Position numbers and translations under genes: made by a program
Assembly (NCBI RefSeq): GCF_036321535.1
Contig: NC_087437.1
Location: 31,932,001-31,996,000, forward strand
Origin: Camelus dromedarius
Taxonomy: Eukaryota
Direction: 5' to 3'
Length of the DNA: 64,000 nt
The notes under the pieces: generated by a model
The model's database searches: none
What the model was told of the DNA's origin: nothing
The model's input: the letters and a program-made list of their open reading frames with translations, nothing else
Shown here: piece by piece, positions 1 to 12,120 of the stretch
Numbering within the stretch: the stretch's first letter is position 1
Layout of the letters: every line of letters starts with the position of its first letter

Positions 1-260
1 CCAGGGCCACGCCCCGCGCACGCGCGCCGCGCTCTGCCTTCGCGTCGCGATCTTGCGGCTCCCTCCGCCAGCTGCCGGATCTAGCTCGTCGGCCTTCTCC
101 ATCCGCCGGCCTTCCGTCTCTGCGCGGTCGGCTAGTCACCGGCCCCTCCCTCCGCCCCCCGCGGCGCCGGCCTCTTGTGACGTCATTAGAAGAATCCTCC
201 CGCTTAGTCGTAATCTGATGCCAAGCGCGGGGCTGGCGGGGTGGGGAGGTCGTCTGTTCC
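1..260. promoter_or_regulatory. Edge of a CpG island / housekeeping-type promoter; gene probably lies left of the window
   Basis: Very GC- and CpG-rich against an AT-rich, CpG-depleted window. Contains KLF-type CCACGCCCC (~8-15), NRF1-like GCGCACGCGC (16-25), GC box CTCCGCCCC (~150-158) and CRE TGACGTCA (178-185). Confidence 0.85.
178..185. promoter_or_regulatory. Palindromic cAMP response element (CREB/ATF site)
   Basis: Exact TGACGTCA inside the CpG island. Confidence 0.7.
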
Positions 261-808
261 TCCTCTGGCCTGAACAGCTCTTGGAAAGGAAACCTCTTTT
301 GTAATTTCCTAAGACTTCAAATTAAGCCTTTAAACTGTGCCCGTTTCCTGAAAAGGGTGAAAACGACCCCACACCCTAGTTGATCTCCTTTCAACCTGGG
401 AGCTCTGTTAAAAGGGAACTACAAACTGTGTTATTTGGGTGTATTTGGAGGCTTTTGCTTGTCGTTTTGTGTGTTCCCTTAGTGTGTAAAGGGGACGACT
501 GACATCCATAAAATGAAAGCTTTGTATATCGAGGCTGGGATAAGCATTACCTCATCTGGCTTGATGAGATTTCAATTTAGTTTTGTAACCTTAAAGCCAA
601 CACACAAAAAAAGAGGTGTATCAAAAATAAAATATGAACTTAAACTTACAAGGGGCAAAGGTTTTGCGTACCTTTTACAGACGATAAAATAGACCCAAAG
701 ATTTCTGTGATCTGCCCCAGAGGGGTGGAATTCAGGCCAGGTCAATACTGTGTCCAGCTTGACGAAGGCTGTCTTTAGAACCCGCTGGGCCTAAGCGTTT
801 TTTGCCTG

Positions 809-839
<31 letters not shown>

Positions 840-1076
840 CCTTCTCCCTCACTTGTCTTTTTCTACTTTCCATGATTTTGGTTTTCTTCCTGAGGTCTCT
901 TCTTGTATCTCCTCACTCCTCCTTTGCTTTCTCTATTTCTTTGACTTCCTCTTTTTTTTTTTTTTTTTTTTTGATAGTTGAGCCAGCCTTTCCTTCCTCC
1001 TTTAAATGCCTCTCCCTTAGATGACCATAAAAGGAAATAAACAGAAGAATTTTTTAAAGTTGTTTTTTTTTTTTTT
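809..1076 (+). repeat. Cluster of poly(T) tracts in pyrimidine-rich low-complexity sequence
   Basis: T29 at 809-837, T21 at 952-972, T14 at 1063-1076. Confidence 0.9.
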
Positions 1077-1963
1077 GCTTTAAGTGTTTTTTGGGGGGGA
1101 GGGGTAAATTCGTGTATCGTTAGATACACATTTTCTTCTTATAGCTGCCTCCTACATTCTTCTGTAGATGTTCAGGGAAAGCAGGAAGTGTATATGAGGA
1201 GAGAGAGAATAGTGAATAAAAGTGAGGGAGTGTGTGGTGAGCGGTTTAGAATCAGAAACAGGAGAAAAAAATTATATAAACAGAGAGGTGCTCTAAATGC
1301 TACAAGACTCAACTCGGAAATAACAACATAGTAGGTTCTATAAAACCCAAGAGACACATCACTTCCAGTCAACCCCTGTGCACGCCTCTGTGATACATTG
1401 CCTCAGATGATGTGTCTTTCACCGAGTAAACCTGTAGCTTTAGCTGCCCCAGAAGAAATAATCATAGGGGTTCTATCTGTGAAATAATAATATACCAGGG
1501 GCTCCAGACTACATGCCAGCCTGAAGGCTTCTCAACGTGGTGGCCCCTGTTCTCAGTTCTGCCAGTGGATGTTGTTACTCTTGTTCTGCACTTGGGGAAC
1601 CTAAAGAACAGGGAGTCACTTGCTTAACATGACAGGAGGCAGAGCCTTTTCTGCTATTTCCAATTCTGTGGTCTCTGAGCGAACATGCCTACTAATAAGG
1701 AATTCATATCTAATTTAAAATGAGTAATACAATTCACTAACATATACTATTGCCAGCTGACTGATGTATGCTCTCTTATTACCAATTTCTCTGTTGGTGT
1801 TGTTTTATTGTGCTTGGTCAACAAAAACTTGCAGAAGTTGGTTGGGAACATAGTTTGTATTTTGCCAAAACATTTGAAGGTACTCCTGAAGTTTGGTTTA
1901 TGTTTTAGTTCCCTATATGAAAGAAAATGCACTGCTCTGTATTCCATAATTTAAAAATTGTGA

Positions 1964-2233
1964 GAACCTTGAGGGCATTATGCTAAGTGAAATGAGTCAG
2001 AGAAAGGCAAATACTATATGATCACACTTACATGTGGAAACTTAAAAAGCCAAACCCAGAAACACAGTAGAATGCTGGTTACCAGGGGCTAGGTGGGGTG
2101 GAGGAAATGAGGACATATTAGTCACAGGGTACAAACTAGTTACAATGAATTCTGGGGATGTAATGTACAACTTGGTGACTGTAGTCAACAATACCGTACT
2201 GTATACTTGAAAGCTGCTTAGAGAGTAAATCTT
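1964..2233 (+). mobile_element. L1 3' region (L1MA-like), left part of an interrupted element
   Basis: GAACCTTGAGGGCATTATGCTAAGTGAAAT...GGTTACCAGGGGCT matches the L1 ORF2 end and 3'UTR; resumes at 3591. Confidence 0.85.
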
Positions 2234-3590
2234 TTTCCCCTCAGCTTTATTGAGATACAATTGACAACACTGTATGAGTTTAAGGTGTACCATGTGCTGA
2301 TTTGATACATTTATATATTGTAAAATTATTTCCACCATAGTTAGTTAACACCTCCATCCTGTTACATAATTACCTTTTTTTGTGTGTGGCAAGAACACTT
2401 AAGATCTACTCTTTCAGCATTCACACTGAGATCTACTCTCAACATTCAAATATGTAATACAGTATTATTAGTTATAATCACCATGCTGCATATTAGGTGC
2501 CCAGAGTTTGTTAATCTTTTAACTGGAAGTTCAAACCCTTTGACCAATACCCTTTCCCATTTCCCTACCCCCCAGCCCCTGGTGACTCTACTGTCTGAAT
2601 TTGGCTTTTTTAGATTCCACATATAACTGAGATCATACAGTATTTGTCTTCCTCTGTCTGACTTATTTCATTTAGCATAATGCCCTCAATTCCAAGTTGT
2701 TTCAAACAGCTTAAGTTCCTTCTTTCTCATGTCTGAATAGCATTCCATTATAAATATACACCACATTTTCTTTATCTATTCATCCATTGATGGACACTTA
2801 GGTTGTTTCCAGATCTTGGCTAATGTGAATAATCCTGCAGTGAACGTGGGAGTGTGGATAGCTCTGCTTCCTGATTTCAGTTCCTTTACATACCCAGAAG
2901 TGGGATTGCTGGGTCATATGGTAGTTCTATGTTTAATTTTTTGAGGAATCTTCCATAGTGGCTACACCAATTTGCATTCCCACCAAAACAGTTCGAAGGA
3001 TTCCTTTTTCTTCACATTCTTGCCAACATTTATCGCTTGTCTTTTTGATGATACCCAAAGGAGTGAGGTGATACCTTGTGGTTTGATTTGCATTTCCCTG
3101 ATGATTAGAGGTGTGGAGCACTTTTTCATGTGCCTGTTGACCATCATATATCATCTTTGGAAAACTCTGTTCAGTTCCTCTGCCTACTTTTTAATTGCGT
3201 TTTTTGTTTGTTTTACTGAGTCGTATGAGTTCTTCATATATTTTGTAAACGACCCCTTATCAGACATATGATTTGCAAATACTTTCTTCCATTCTGTGGG
3301 TTGCTTTTTCATTTTGTTGGTTTTTTCTTTTGCTGCACAAAAGCTTTTTAGTTTGATGTAGTCCCACTTACTGATTTTCGCTTTTGTTGCTTGTGCCTTT
3401 GGTATCATGTTCAGGAAATTGCTGCTGAGACCAATGTCAAGTTTTTCAGCTATGTTTTCTTCTAGGAGTTTTATGGCTTTAGGTCTTCTGCTTAAGTCTT
3501 TACTCCATTTTGAGTTCATTTTTGTGAGTAGTGTAAGATAAGAGTCAAACTGTATACTTCTGCATGTGGTTATCCAGTTTTCCCAATAAC
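2234..3590 (-). mobile_element. 5'-truncated L1 (L1MA-like) inserted antisense into the previous L1
   Basis: Minus-strand ORF2 C-terminal remnants (3184-3519 KWDYIKLKSFCAAKE; 2962-3147 HMKKCSTPLIIREMQIK). TSD-like AGAGTAAATCTT (2222-2233) and AGAGTAGATCTT (3591-3602). Confidence 0.9.
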
Positions 3591-3930
3591 AGAGTAGATC
3601 TTCAATGTTCTCAACATAACAACAACAACAAATGGTAATTATGTGAGGTGAAGGATGTGTTAACTACTCTTTTTATTAAAAAATAAATTTTATTTCATCA
3701 GGACTTTTTGTGGGGGTGGTGGGGTTGGTTTATTTATTTAATGGAGGTACCAGGGATTGAACCCAGGACTTTGTGCATGCTAAGAATGCACTCTACCACT
3801 AAGCTATCCCCGCCCTCCCCAATTGTGGTAAATATTTAGCAATTTACATGTGTATCACATCATCACATTGTGCACCTTAAACTTACATAATGTTATATGT
3901 CAATTATATCTCAGTAAAGCTGGGGGAAAA
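3591..3930 (+). mobile_element. L1 3'UTR, right part of the interrupted element
   Basis: GGTAATTATGTGAGGTGAAGG...CACCTTAAACTTACA...TCAATTATATCTCAGTAAAGCTGGGGGAAAA, a typical L1MA terminus. Confidence 0.85.
3704..3820 (-). mobile_element. tRNA-Ala-derived SINE (camelid vic-1-like)
   Basis: Reverse complement has A-box TAGCTTAGTGG, B-box GGTTCAATCCC, ends TACCTCCA plus an A-rich tail. Confidence 0.85.
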
Positions 3931-4496
3931 TAAGAATGATTTATTTTAATGACATTTGGTAGCTGAATAGTGAAAAGAGAAAAAAAATGATAAATTCTAT
4001 TATTCCCATAATGTCTGTATAATGTTATATGTTTACCCTGTAAGTCCTGGGGCCATGTTCTAAAACTGCCACTTATTCTATACCCAACTCTGTCATACTC
4101 ACATTCAACTCTAAGAGAAATTTCCTTTAGCTGTTTTCTCAAAGTGAATACAACATAGTCATTAAATCCCCTATTTAGGGTTCAAGGCCACTGAAACTGC
4201 CATGCAATGATTTTTCTTTCCCAGGGAAGCAGATGGAATTGTCAGACTGTGCCCACTGTTTTTAATAAGGCTTGCCAATATCTGTGTGTCCCTTCCAAGA
4301 GATGGGCTGCATTCCTGCTGTGAGGGAGGAGAACATGTAATCATCCCTTGCCGAAGAAATCAACACTTTTATTTAGAAATTATGCTCGCTTGCTTTTACT
4401 CTTTGTTCTTTGGACGTACATTCTACGTCTCCAAACTGACTGACTGAGGAGAAACTTGTGTGTTAGTAATTCAAAAAAAGTAGTGAAAACCTGCCC

Positions 4497-4657
4497 CAAG
4501 GCCTGGATTTGGGTGAAGCAAGTGAGACTTGCTTTAGGGGCAAAATTTGAGGGGGCACCAAAACACTCAGTAATCAATATTATTTTAATGCAATATTAAA
4601 AAAAATCAAAATTAATAGTAAGAAATCTCTAATAAAATATTAAAATTTCAATACAGG
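4497..4657. mobile_element. hAT-type DNA transposon fragment (MER96B-like)
   Basis: GGGTGAAGCAAGTGAG...GGCAAAATTTGAGGGGGCACCAAAACACTCAGTAATCAA resembles this consensus from memory. Confidence 0.5.
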
Positions 4658-5055
4658 CATATTAATTTCCTAGGGTTTCTGTACAAAGTACCATAAACTG
4701 GGTGGCTGAACAGAAGTGTCTTGTCTCCACTTCTGGAGGCTGGATGCTCTCAGGGGGAACCTCAGGCCTCTCCCCTAGCTTCTGGTGGTTGCCGAAACCT
4801 TGGGTGTTCCTTGGCTTGTAGCTGCATCATTGCAACCTCTACCTCCATCTTCACATGGCCTCCTTCCCTGGGTGTCTGTGTGTCTTTCCTCCTCTTATAA
4901 GGACACCAGTCATTGGATTTAGGGCCCACCCTAATCCAGTATGATCTCATCTCATCTCAACCTAATTCTATCTGCAAAGACCCTGTTTCTGAATAAAGGC
5001 CCACTCTGAGGCTCCGGTGGACACAAATCTTTGGGAGACAGTATTCAGCACTGCA
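4658..5055 (-). mobile_element. MaLR LTR (MLT1C/B-like)
   Basis: CAAAGTACCATAAACTGGGTGGCT...CTTATAAGGACACCAGTCATTGGATTTAGGGCCCACCCTAATCCAGTATGA. Confidence 0.85.
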
Positions 5056-5199
5056 GGCAGGCTCAGTAGTACTGAGTTTTCCTTTTGCCTCAAGATCCAA
5101 GGTGGCTCAGCATGGTATCCCCCCTTTCAGTGGCTGGCATAGGCTGGCCACTGCCAGGTGAGCTGCTGTCACATCAGCTTTGGGGCCCAGGACTTAGAA

Positions 5200-7560
5200 G
5201 GCCTCTCTGTGTATTCTTCCTGAGACGTTTCACCCATTCACCTGCCTCAGCTTCTACATACCTGAATGATGACTCCAGAATATCTCCAACCTTGCTGCTC
5301 TCCTGAGTTCCAGACTCCTTTTTCCAATGGCTCCTGGAGAGCCCAACTTACTGGCCTGCAGGCATCTCAAGTTGAACTTGTATCTTACTCAAGCTTTTAT
5401 GTTTTTTTGTCCTCTTTCTCTGTCTCCTTTACTGGCATGCTCATCCAGCTTGCCTCCAGCCCCAAACAAACAAACACCCTTGAGGGTCCTTCTCCACTCT
5501 GGCCTCTTCTGCTCCCTCAACACTTTATCTGGTTTCACCCCAGAGAGGTTTCTGGATGATCACCATACTCTGCCATAGTTCACAGCAGCTATCAGCCCAG
5601 AAACAGAGATGTTCCAATAGGATATTATATTGATTGTGATCTGCTTGGAAAATAAGGAGTTGTGAATTTGTTGCAGGTTTAGATATTAAGAATATTTTGG
5701 TGCAGAAAGTACAATGAATTACATATAATGCTGTAATTGTCAGCATGACTTGGACATTATATTTTGATGTTTGGAATTGCTAAATTTGGTTGCCCTAAGC
5801 AGATTTCTCCTATCTCTCTCTCATCCGTAAACACTGCCTTCACTTTTGTGCTCTGACAGAAATCCCACTCTCCCTGAGGACACTGCTCCCTGTCACCCTC
5901 TCTGGTAGCTGCTCACAGGTCTCCGGCCATCCCTGGGAATAAAGGTGGGGTGACCGGGACACCCCCCCACCTCAGTTGTTAGTCTTCTGTTATCAACTAT
6001 ACCTATTCTCTATAATGCAGTCAGTGACGGAGCCCTGGTGCCTTTCCCTCATTTCTTGCAGATTTTTATCTCCAGGCTTATGTCCACTCTTGGAAGCAAC
6101 TCCTGAATTCAGGATCTGAGTGGATGAGCATCCAGTAGCCAGGCCTCATGGTTCCTTGATTCTCCATCTAATAATCAGGTCCTTTCCCCTTAACAGCTGT
6201 TCACCTCCCATGGGCCTGCCTATATTTTGTCATTCCAGATCCTAGCCAGAAAATCAGTGTCACTCCCCTATCTCCATTCTTTACAGCTAACTCCTTCCTA
6301 GCAGTTCTTTTCACCCTGTCATATTCACTTACCTGGCTTAAATTCTATGATCAGTCCTTACAATCACTGTCTTGCATAACTCTCTCAGTGCCCAACCTAA
6401 ACCCACTCAGCATAACATAGCCGCAGAAAAACACAACGATGCCAATTAGGCTTATTCTAAATGCATGACTCCAACTCCCAGTAGATCTTTACTTCTGTCT
6501 GGCAACCACCCATTTCCCTGGTATCTTCACCCTTTCCTAGATAACCCTTCTGGATAACATGCACACTCTCTCAGACAACTAGTTTCCACACCTTCCATTC
6601 TTTCTTGTAAACTCACTACTTCTTCTATCTTCACTCTCCGTTTTCTTAAGAGAACAGAAGCAATCCAAATAGAACTTCCATGGCTCTCACCACCAGAGCC
6701 ACCTGCCATCTGCATCTGGGTTCCATACTTTGCCTTCCCTCTGCTTCTGTTGGGGGACCATCCATGCTCCTAACAAAGGGTGGCTGTTTTGCTTGTGTCC
6801 ACGATCAATTATCAATCAATGAATACAATCATCAATGGATTATTTCCACTAGTACACAATCTGTGCTTTGTCCAACTAGAAAACAAGCCAACTTTTGTTT
6901 TGATCTCACATCTCTTCCAGCTACTGCTCCGTTTTTCTGTTCCCCTTCACAGCAGACACCTCAACATCCCTCCAGCTCCTCTACATTCTTTTGTGGACCC
7001 ACTCAAACCGGGTCTCAGCCTTGCCATGCCAGCAAACCTGCTCTTGTCAAAGTCACAAAGACCTCTACAGACTGGCTAATTCTTGCACATCACCTTTCTG
7101 GACCAATCAGCAGCTGTGACCCAGTGGCATCCTAATTGCCTTCCCAGCTTGTCTGCTCTCAACACAGAAGCCACAGTGATCCTTTTAACACCTACATTAT
7201 CTCATTTCATTCTTCTGCTTAATATATTCAGAATTAAAGCCCCAATCCATATCATGCCCTAAAAGCCCCTCTGACTTTGTCTCTCAGGAACTCTCTGGAA
7301 CCCCTGCTGCTCTCTCTCCCTCACCACTCCCCATCCAGCCACATCAGCTTCCCAGCTATTCTTCCTTCAGACCTGGGCGTGTTTCCCTCAGGACATTTCT
7401 GCAGCCAGTTCTCCACCATTATTATCTGCCCCTTCCTCCCTTCCTTCCATCCCCCTCCACTAGACTGACACCCCTCAAAGGCAGGGAGGCTGGTCTCTTC
7501 ATTTATTGCTGTAATCTCACTGCCAAGGACTGGGCCTGATGCAGGGCGGGCCCTGTTCCA
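5200..7560 (+). mobile_element. Degenerate L2 (LINE2) fragments
   Basis: CT-rich L2-like sequence ending with the L2 3' motif (ATTTATTGCTGTAATCTC...GGGCCTGATGCAG). The tail AATATTTGTTGAAT resumes at ~8855 after an L1 insertion. Confidence 0.65.
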
Positions 7561-7569
7561 ATATATATA

Positions 7570-8855
7570 TATTTTTAAGTTGAAGTTCAGTCAGTTACTG
7601 TGTGTCAATTTCTGGTGTAGAGCACAATGTCCCAGTCATGCATATGCATACATATATTCATTTTCATTAAGTTATTATAAGATATTAAACATAGTTCCCT
7701 GTGCTGTACAGAAGAAACTTTTTAAAAAATCTATTTTATATATAGTGGCTAGCATTTGTAAATCTCAACCCCCCAAATTTATCCCTTTTCACTCCCTTTC
7801 CCAGGTGACCATAAGATTGTTTACTATGTCTGCAAGTCTGCTTCTGTTTTGTAGATGAGTTCACAATGTTCCTTTTTTTTTTTTTAAGACTCCACATATG
7901 AGTGATATCATATGGTATTTTTCTTTCTCTTTCTGGCTTTCTTCACTTAGAATGACAATCTCTAGGGCCACCGTGCAGCTGCAAATGACATTGTTTTATT
8001 CTTTTTTATGGTTGAGTAGTATTCCATTCTAAATATACCACAACTTTTTTATCCAGTCATCTGTCAATGGACATTTAGGTTGCTTCCATGTCTTGGCTAT
8101 TGTATATAGTGCTGCTATGAACATTGGTGTGCATGTATCTTTTTGAATTAGAGTTCCCTCTGGATATATGCCCAGAAGTGGGATTGCTGGATCATATGGT
8201 AAGTCTATTTTTAGTTTTTTGAGAAATCCCCGAACTGTTTTCCATAATGGCTACACCAAACTACCTTCCCACCAGCAGTGTAGGAGAGTTCCCTTTTCCC
8301 CAGCATGTAAATCAATGAAGTTAGAACACTCTCTCACTCCATACACAAAAATAAACTCAAAATCTTAAAGAGTTAAATATAAGACAAGACACTATAAACC
8401 TCCTAGAAGAAAATATAGGCAAAACAGTCTCTGACATAAATCTTAGCAATGTTCTCCTAGGGCAGTCTACCCAGGCAGTAGAAATGAGAGCAAAAATAAA
8501 CAAATGGGACCTAATTAAACTTATAAGCTTTTGCACAGCAAAGGAAACCATAAGCAAAACGAGAAGACAACCTACAGAATGGGAGAAAATCTTTGCATAT
8601 GATGTGACTGACAAGGGCTTAATTTTCAGAATATATAAACAGCTCATACAACTTAATACCAAAAAGCAAACGCCCCAATCCAAAAATGGGCAGAGGACCT
8701 AAACAAGCAATTCTCCAGTGAAGACATACAAATGGCCAATAGGCACATGAAAAAGTGCTCACTATTGCTAATTAGCAGAGAAATGCAAATCAAAACTGCA
8801 GTGAGGTATCACCTCACACCAGTCAGAATGGCCATCACTCAAATGTCCATCAACA
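7570..8855 (-). mobile_element. Young L1 with 5' inversion (twin-priming structure)
   Basis: 7570-~8303 is the L1 3' end on minus. ~8304-8855 is the adjacent upstream ORF2 segment on plus (8484-8702 [35 protein letters not shown]). Confidence 0.9.
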
Positions 8856-9149
8856 ATATTTGTTGAATAACTGGAAGACAGTCTTGATTTGTCCTGACCC
8901 CGTACGTTCCAAGGTATTATGTTGTCTTGGCCTAAAATGCCCTTCCTCCCATCTTCACAGTATTTATTTCTTCAGACTCACCTTTTATGGGGAAAAGTCT
9001 TTTTCCCTAGGCTATCACCTATACTGTTGATTTTAAATATACTTAGCCACAATTCCTTTATCATACCTCAAAAATTTAGCACTAACACACTATTTTCTAA
9101 TATGTAGCCCTTATTCAAAGTTCCCCAACTGTCCCAGTAATGTCTTAAA

Positions 9150-9278
9150 TTTTTTTTAAATATTTTTTGTGGGGGGTAATTTGATTTATTTATTTATGTA
9201 ATGGAGGTACTGGGGATTGAACCCAGGGCCTCGTGTACACTAGGCATGCACCATACCACTGAACTATACCTTCCCCCC
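9150..9278 (-). mobile_element. tRNA-derived SINE (vic-1-like)
   Basis: TGGAGGTACTGGGGATTGAACCCAGG...ACCACTGAACTATACC with A/B boxes on minus and T-rich flanks. Confidence 0.85.
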
Positions 9279-9309
9279 TAGATTTTTTTTTTAATTCAAT
9301 AAGTCGGGT

Positions 9310-10460
9310 ATTAGGTAGGTGTTTTCTATCTGGAGACTCATTTCTTTCAGTTTGGGGGAATGTTCTTTTATTTATTCAATAATATTCTACCTTCACTTTA
9401 GCCTCATTTCTTTTCAGAACTTCTATTATAACGTTGTGGAGCCTCAGTTTATCTCCTAATGTTTCTATTATTTTCCCCATTTCTTTACTTTTTTCTTCTT
9501 TTTATTTTATGGGAAGTTTCCTTAAAATTCTCTTCTAACCTTTCCATTGAAATAGTTTTCCTTCAGGTTATTATACTTTTAGTTTCCAAAAGCCCTTTCT
9601 TCTTCTCTGATTTCTTCTTTTTAAAAAACCTTTTCAATAGCACCTTCTTTTTTTGACACAAAAAAAGTGAATCTGCTGAGTTTTACTGTGTAGTCTCTAT
9701 TATTGGCACCTTATTCTTGTGTCATGGGTGCGACAGCCTGTCTTCTTTTCCAGAGGACACTAATTTCTTTGAAATTTTTTTCTGCTATCTACATTGTCTG
9801 TTTCTTCTAACTTTTTTCTTTCTAATTTTTTTTTTTCCTTTTCCTCTTGCTCTGTGTTTTTTATGTTGCAGGCTTTCTAAAAATGTCTGGTGATCTTTGT
9901 CTGTGAGAGTGAGTATGGTGGAAAAGGCTGATTCTGGTGGTAAAGGGGAAGCCTGATGCATGGAGGATTAACACTCCTAGAGTAACTTGATTTCTAGAGG
10001 GCTTGCCCATGTTAGCACACAGAAGGATCTGTCACGCTCTAGTTTTGGAGGAGTGGCAAATTGGCCTGATCTGACAGCTTTCTGGGAATTGAGTGGGCAA
10101 AGAGGTTGGGATGTCTTGCAGACCAGTATGAAGATGTCCCCCAATATTATTCTATTTTCGGTTCACTTTTGGCCCCTGCCTTTTGGGGAGGGGGAGGGGC
10201 ACTTGATCTCTGAGTCTCCAGAGTCCTGGGATGGGACAGGCTTGCTAATCACTGCTCCCCTCTCTGGTGACGCTTGGATTTTACCTTTTTCCTAGGTTAG
10301 TCACACTCAGCCATCACGCTGCCATCTTCCTAAAAATGTGATTTGGTCTGCTGTTTTTATCTTTCTCATTCTTTATTTCTCTGTGGATTTATAACTTTTA
10401 CTTTCTTTTTCTATCTTTTGAGGCGGGGAGTTTGGGAGAAGAAATAAAAAGCATATGTTC
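9310..10460 (-). mobile_element. Ancient L1 (L1M/HAL1-like) 5'/ORF1 remnant
   Basis: Strongly T-rich degenerate sequence typical of antisense old L1 ORF1. Family uncertain. Confidence 0.45.
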
Positions 10461-10630
10461 AATTTCCATCTTTTTAGGTAATCAATAATTCATTATTAAA
10501 CTTTGTAGATGATCACTGCATGGTTTTTCCTTAGAAAATGACTTCTTCAAATCAGATATAATTAAATATGCCGTACTTTATTTTATCATGGGATTAAATG
10601 TTCCACCAGTTAAAGGAAACTCATGTGTGT

Positions 10631-10650
10631 TAGGGCCATCTAGTGGACGA
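10631..10650 (-). promoter_or_regulatory. CTCF motif (reverse)
   Basis: Reverse complement TCGTCCACTAGATGGCCCTA fits CCACYAGRKGGC. Confidence 0.65.
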
Positions 10651-11483
10651 CTTGAATTTAGCACCATAGATTTCAAATGTAACAGGGCAACTTCTGAAAC
10701 CTATGGAAAGAGCTAGAAAGCATCACTTATAATGCCTTGTATGTCTCTATGCAAAATCTCCCCAAATAGAAGTGTCTCATCTATTAGATGGGAAGGTCAT
10801 ACACCCGTTTATTTTAGTACTCATTCTATTTCATCTTTATGGCTATCTTAAAGCCTTACTGTTGAAATTTAGAATGTTTCTCTACTAATATCCTTGTGGG
10901 AGATGAAAAAAACTGACCTGATGGTTCTCCTTTCTTTATAACAGCCTCTTTATTCAACAATTTTTTTTCTCCCTTGGGATGTTTCACTAGTTCCTGGCTG
11001 GCTCTCTTAGGAATTAATTGAAAAGGAAACTGCAGATAGGATTAGGCTGCTGGACCTGGTTGAACAGTAGAGGCCAGGCTTGGAGGTACCTGTGGCCAGC
11101 TGAGACAAGCTGCCAGTGAATTATGCTGCTCTGCGGTCATTAAGACTTCATGTTACCCCAGTGAATTGAAAAGACATGTTATCCAGCCTCTCAGTCTTAC
11201 CATCAATAATTTACTTAAAACCAAACCAAACCAAACCAAAAACTGATCTGAAGATTTCAGGCAGAAATTTAAAATTACTTTTCTCTTTTCGTAACTCCAA
11301 AAGGATTTTATGATTTTACTTCCATAGCTACAGGATCTGCTGTAGATATCCCTGAGCCTCAGTTCAGCAAAATTGTGAGTTTCCACAGTGTCAAAATATA
11401 TGAATCGCTAGTGCTTGAGCCAAGTGCAAACCAATTAAAGTTTTAAATAGATCAAGCATTAGCTGAAACCCGCTGCATAATTT

Positions 11484-11503
11484 AAATGCCATCTAGTGGC
11501 CAA
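11484..11503 (-). promoter_or_regulatory. CTCF motif (reverse)
   Basis: Reverse complement TTGGCCACTAGATGGCATTT; the 12-bp core is identical to the 10635-10646 site. Confidence 0.7.
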
Positions 11504-11984
11504 GTGTCATCTTTAGTCCTCAATCGAAACAGGTTTGGTGCCTTCTAGTATTTTTCTTAGAGTGATTTACCAGATAGTTTTGAATTAGGGATATTATAGC
11601 TTCTGCTCTTGGAGTGAAAAGGAATTGGAATATTTCTTGATCATAAAAAGCATTTAACAGCTTGAAATGTACATGACTCCCAGCTCTTACTCCAGGCGCA
11701 TCTGCTTATATAGCTGCAAAACAAAGAGCTGTTGCTTGGTTTGGTGACTACGGCATTAAATAGCACCAGTAGTTATAACTTATTACTTTGTAACTGAAAA
11801 ACAAAAAGCAGTATTATATGTAATGTGAGGTAACTAGTATAGGAACAAAATTCTAAATATTGATGACCAGAAGATTTAAAGGATCGACAATCTTCAGCCT
11901 CAGAGAATTGAAGTGCATGAGAGAGACATAGCATTTGACCATAAATGAATGCCATGGGCAAGTAAATCAGTGTGATAAATAATG

Positions 11985-12120
11985 GTGGCAGCAGCAGTAG
12001 ACGCTGCTGAAGGCTTAAATGCCAGACGCTGTTCTGAAGGCTCCGTCCATATTAACTCACAACAACCTTATGAGTTGGTACTATTATAATTTTATAGACA
12101 AAATTGAGGCATAGAGTGCC
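11985..12120 (-). mobile_element. MIR fragment
   Basis: CTCACAACAACCTTATGAG...TTTTATAGACAAAATTGAGGCATAGAG core. Confidence 0.6.

Noticed and set aside
53..304. 83-aa Pro/Ala/Ser-rich ORF, and a minus-strand ATG (~92) reading MEKADELDPAAGG... off the window edge
   Set aside because: Stop codons are scarce in CpG islands and the plus ORF starts at a non-ATG codon. I do not recognise the minus-strand peptide, so no gene is called.
863..1129. Lys/Arg-rich 88-aa ORF resembling a basic nuclear protein
   Set aside because: The poly-Lys stretches are just the poly(T) tracts read on the minus strand.
3742..3820. tRNA-Ala-like sequences (also at 9.2, 20.2, 22.0 and 38.4 kb)
   Set aside because: Degenerate stems, A-rich tails and TSDs mark them as SINE copies, not tRNA genes.
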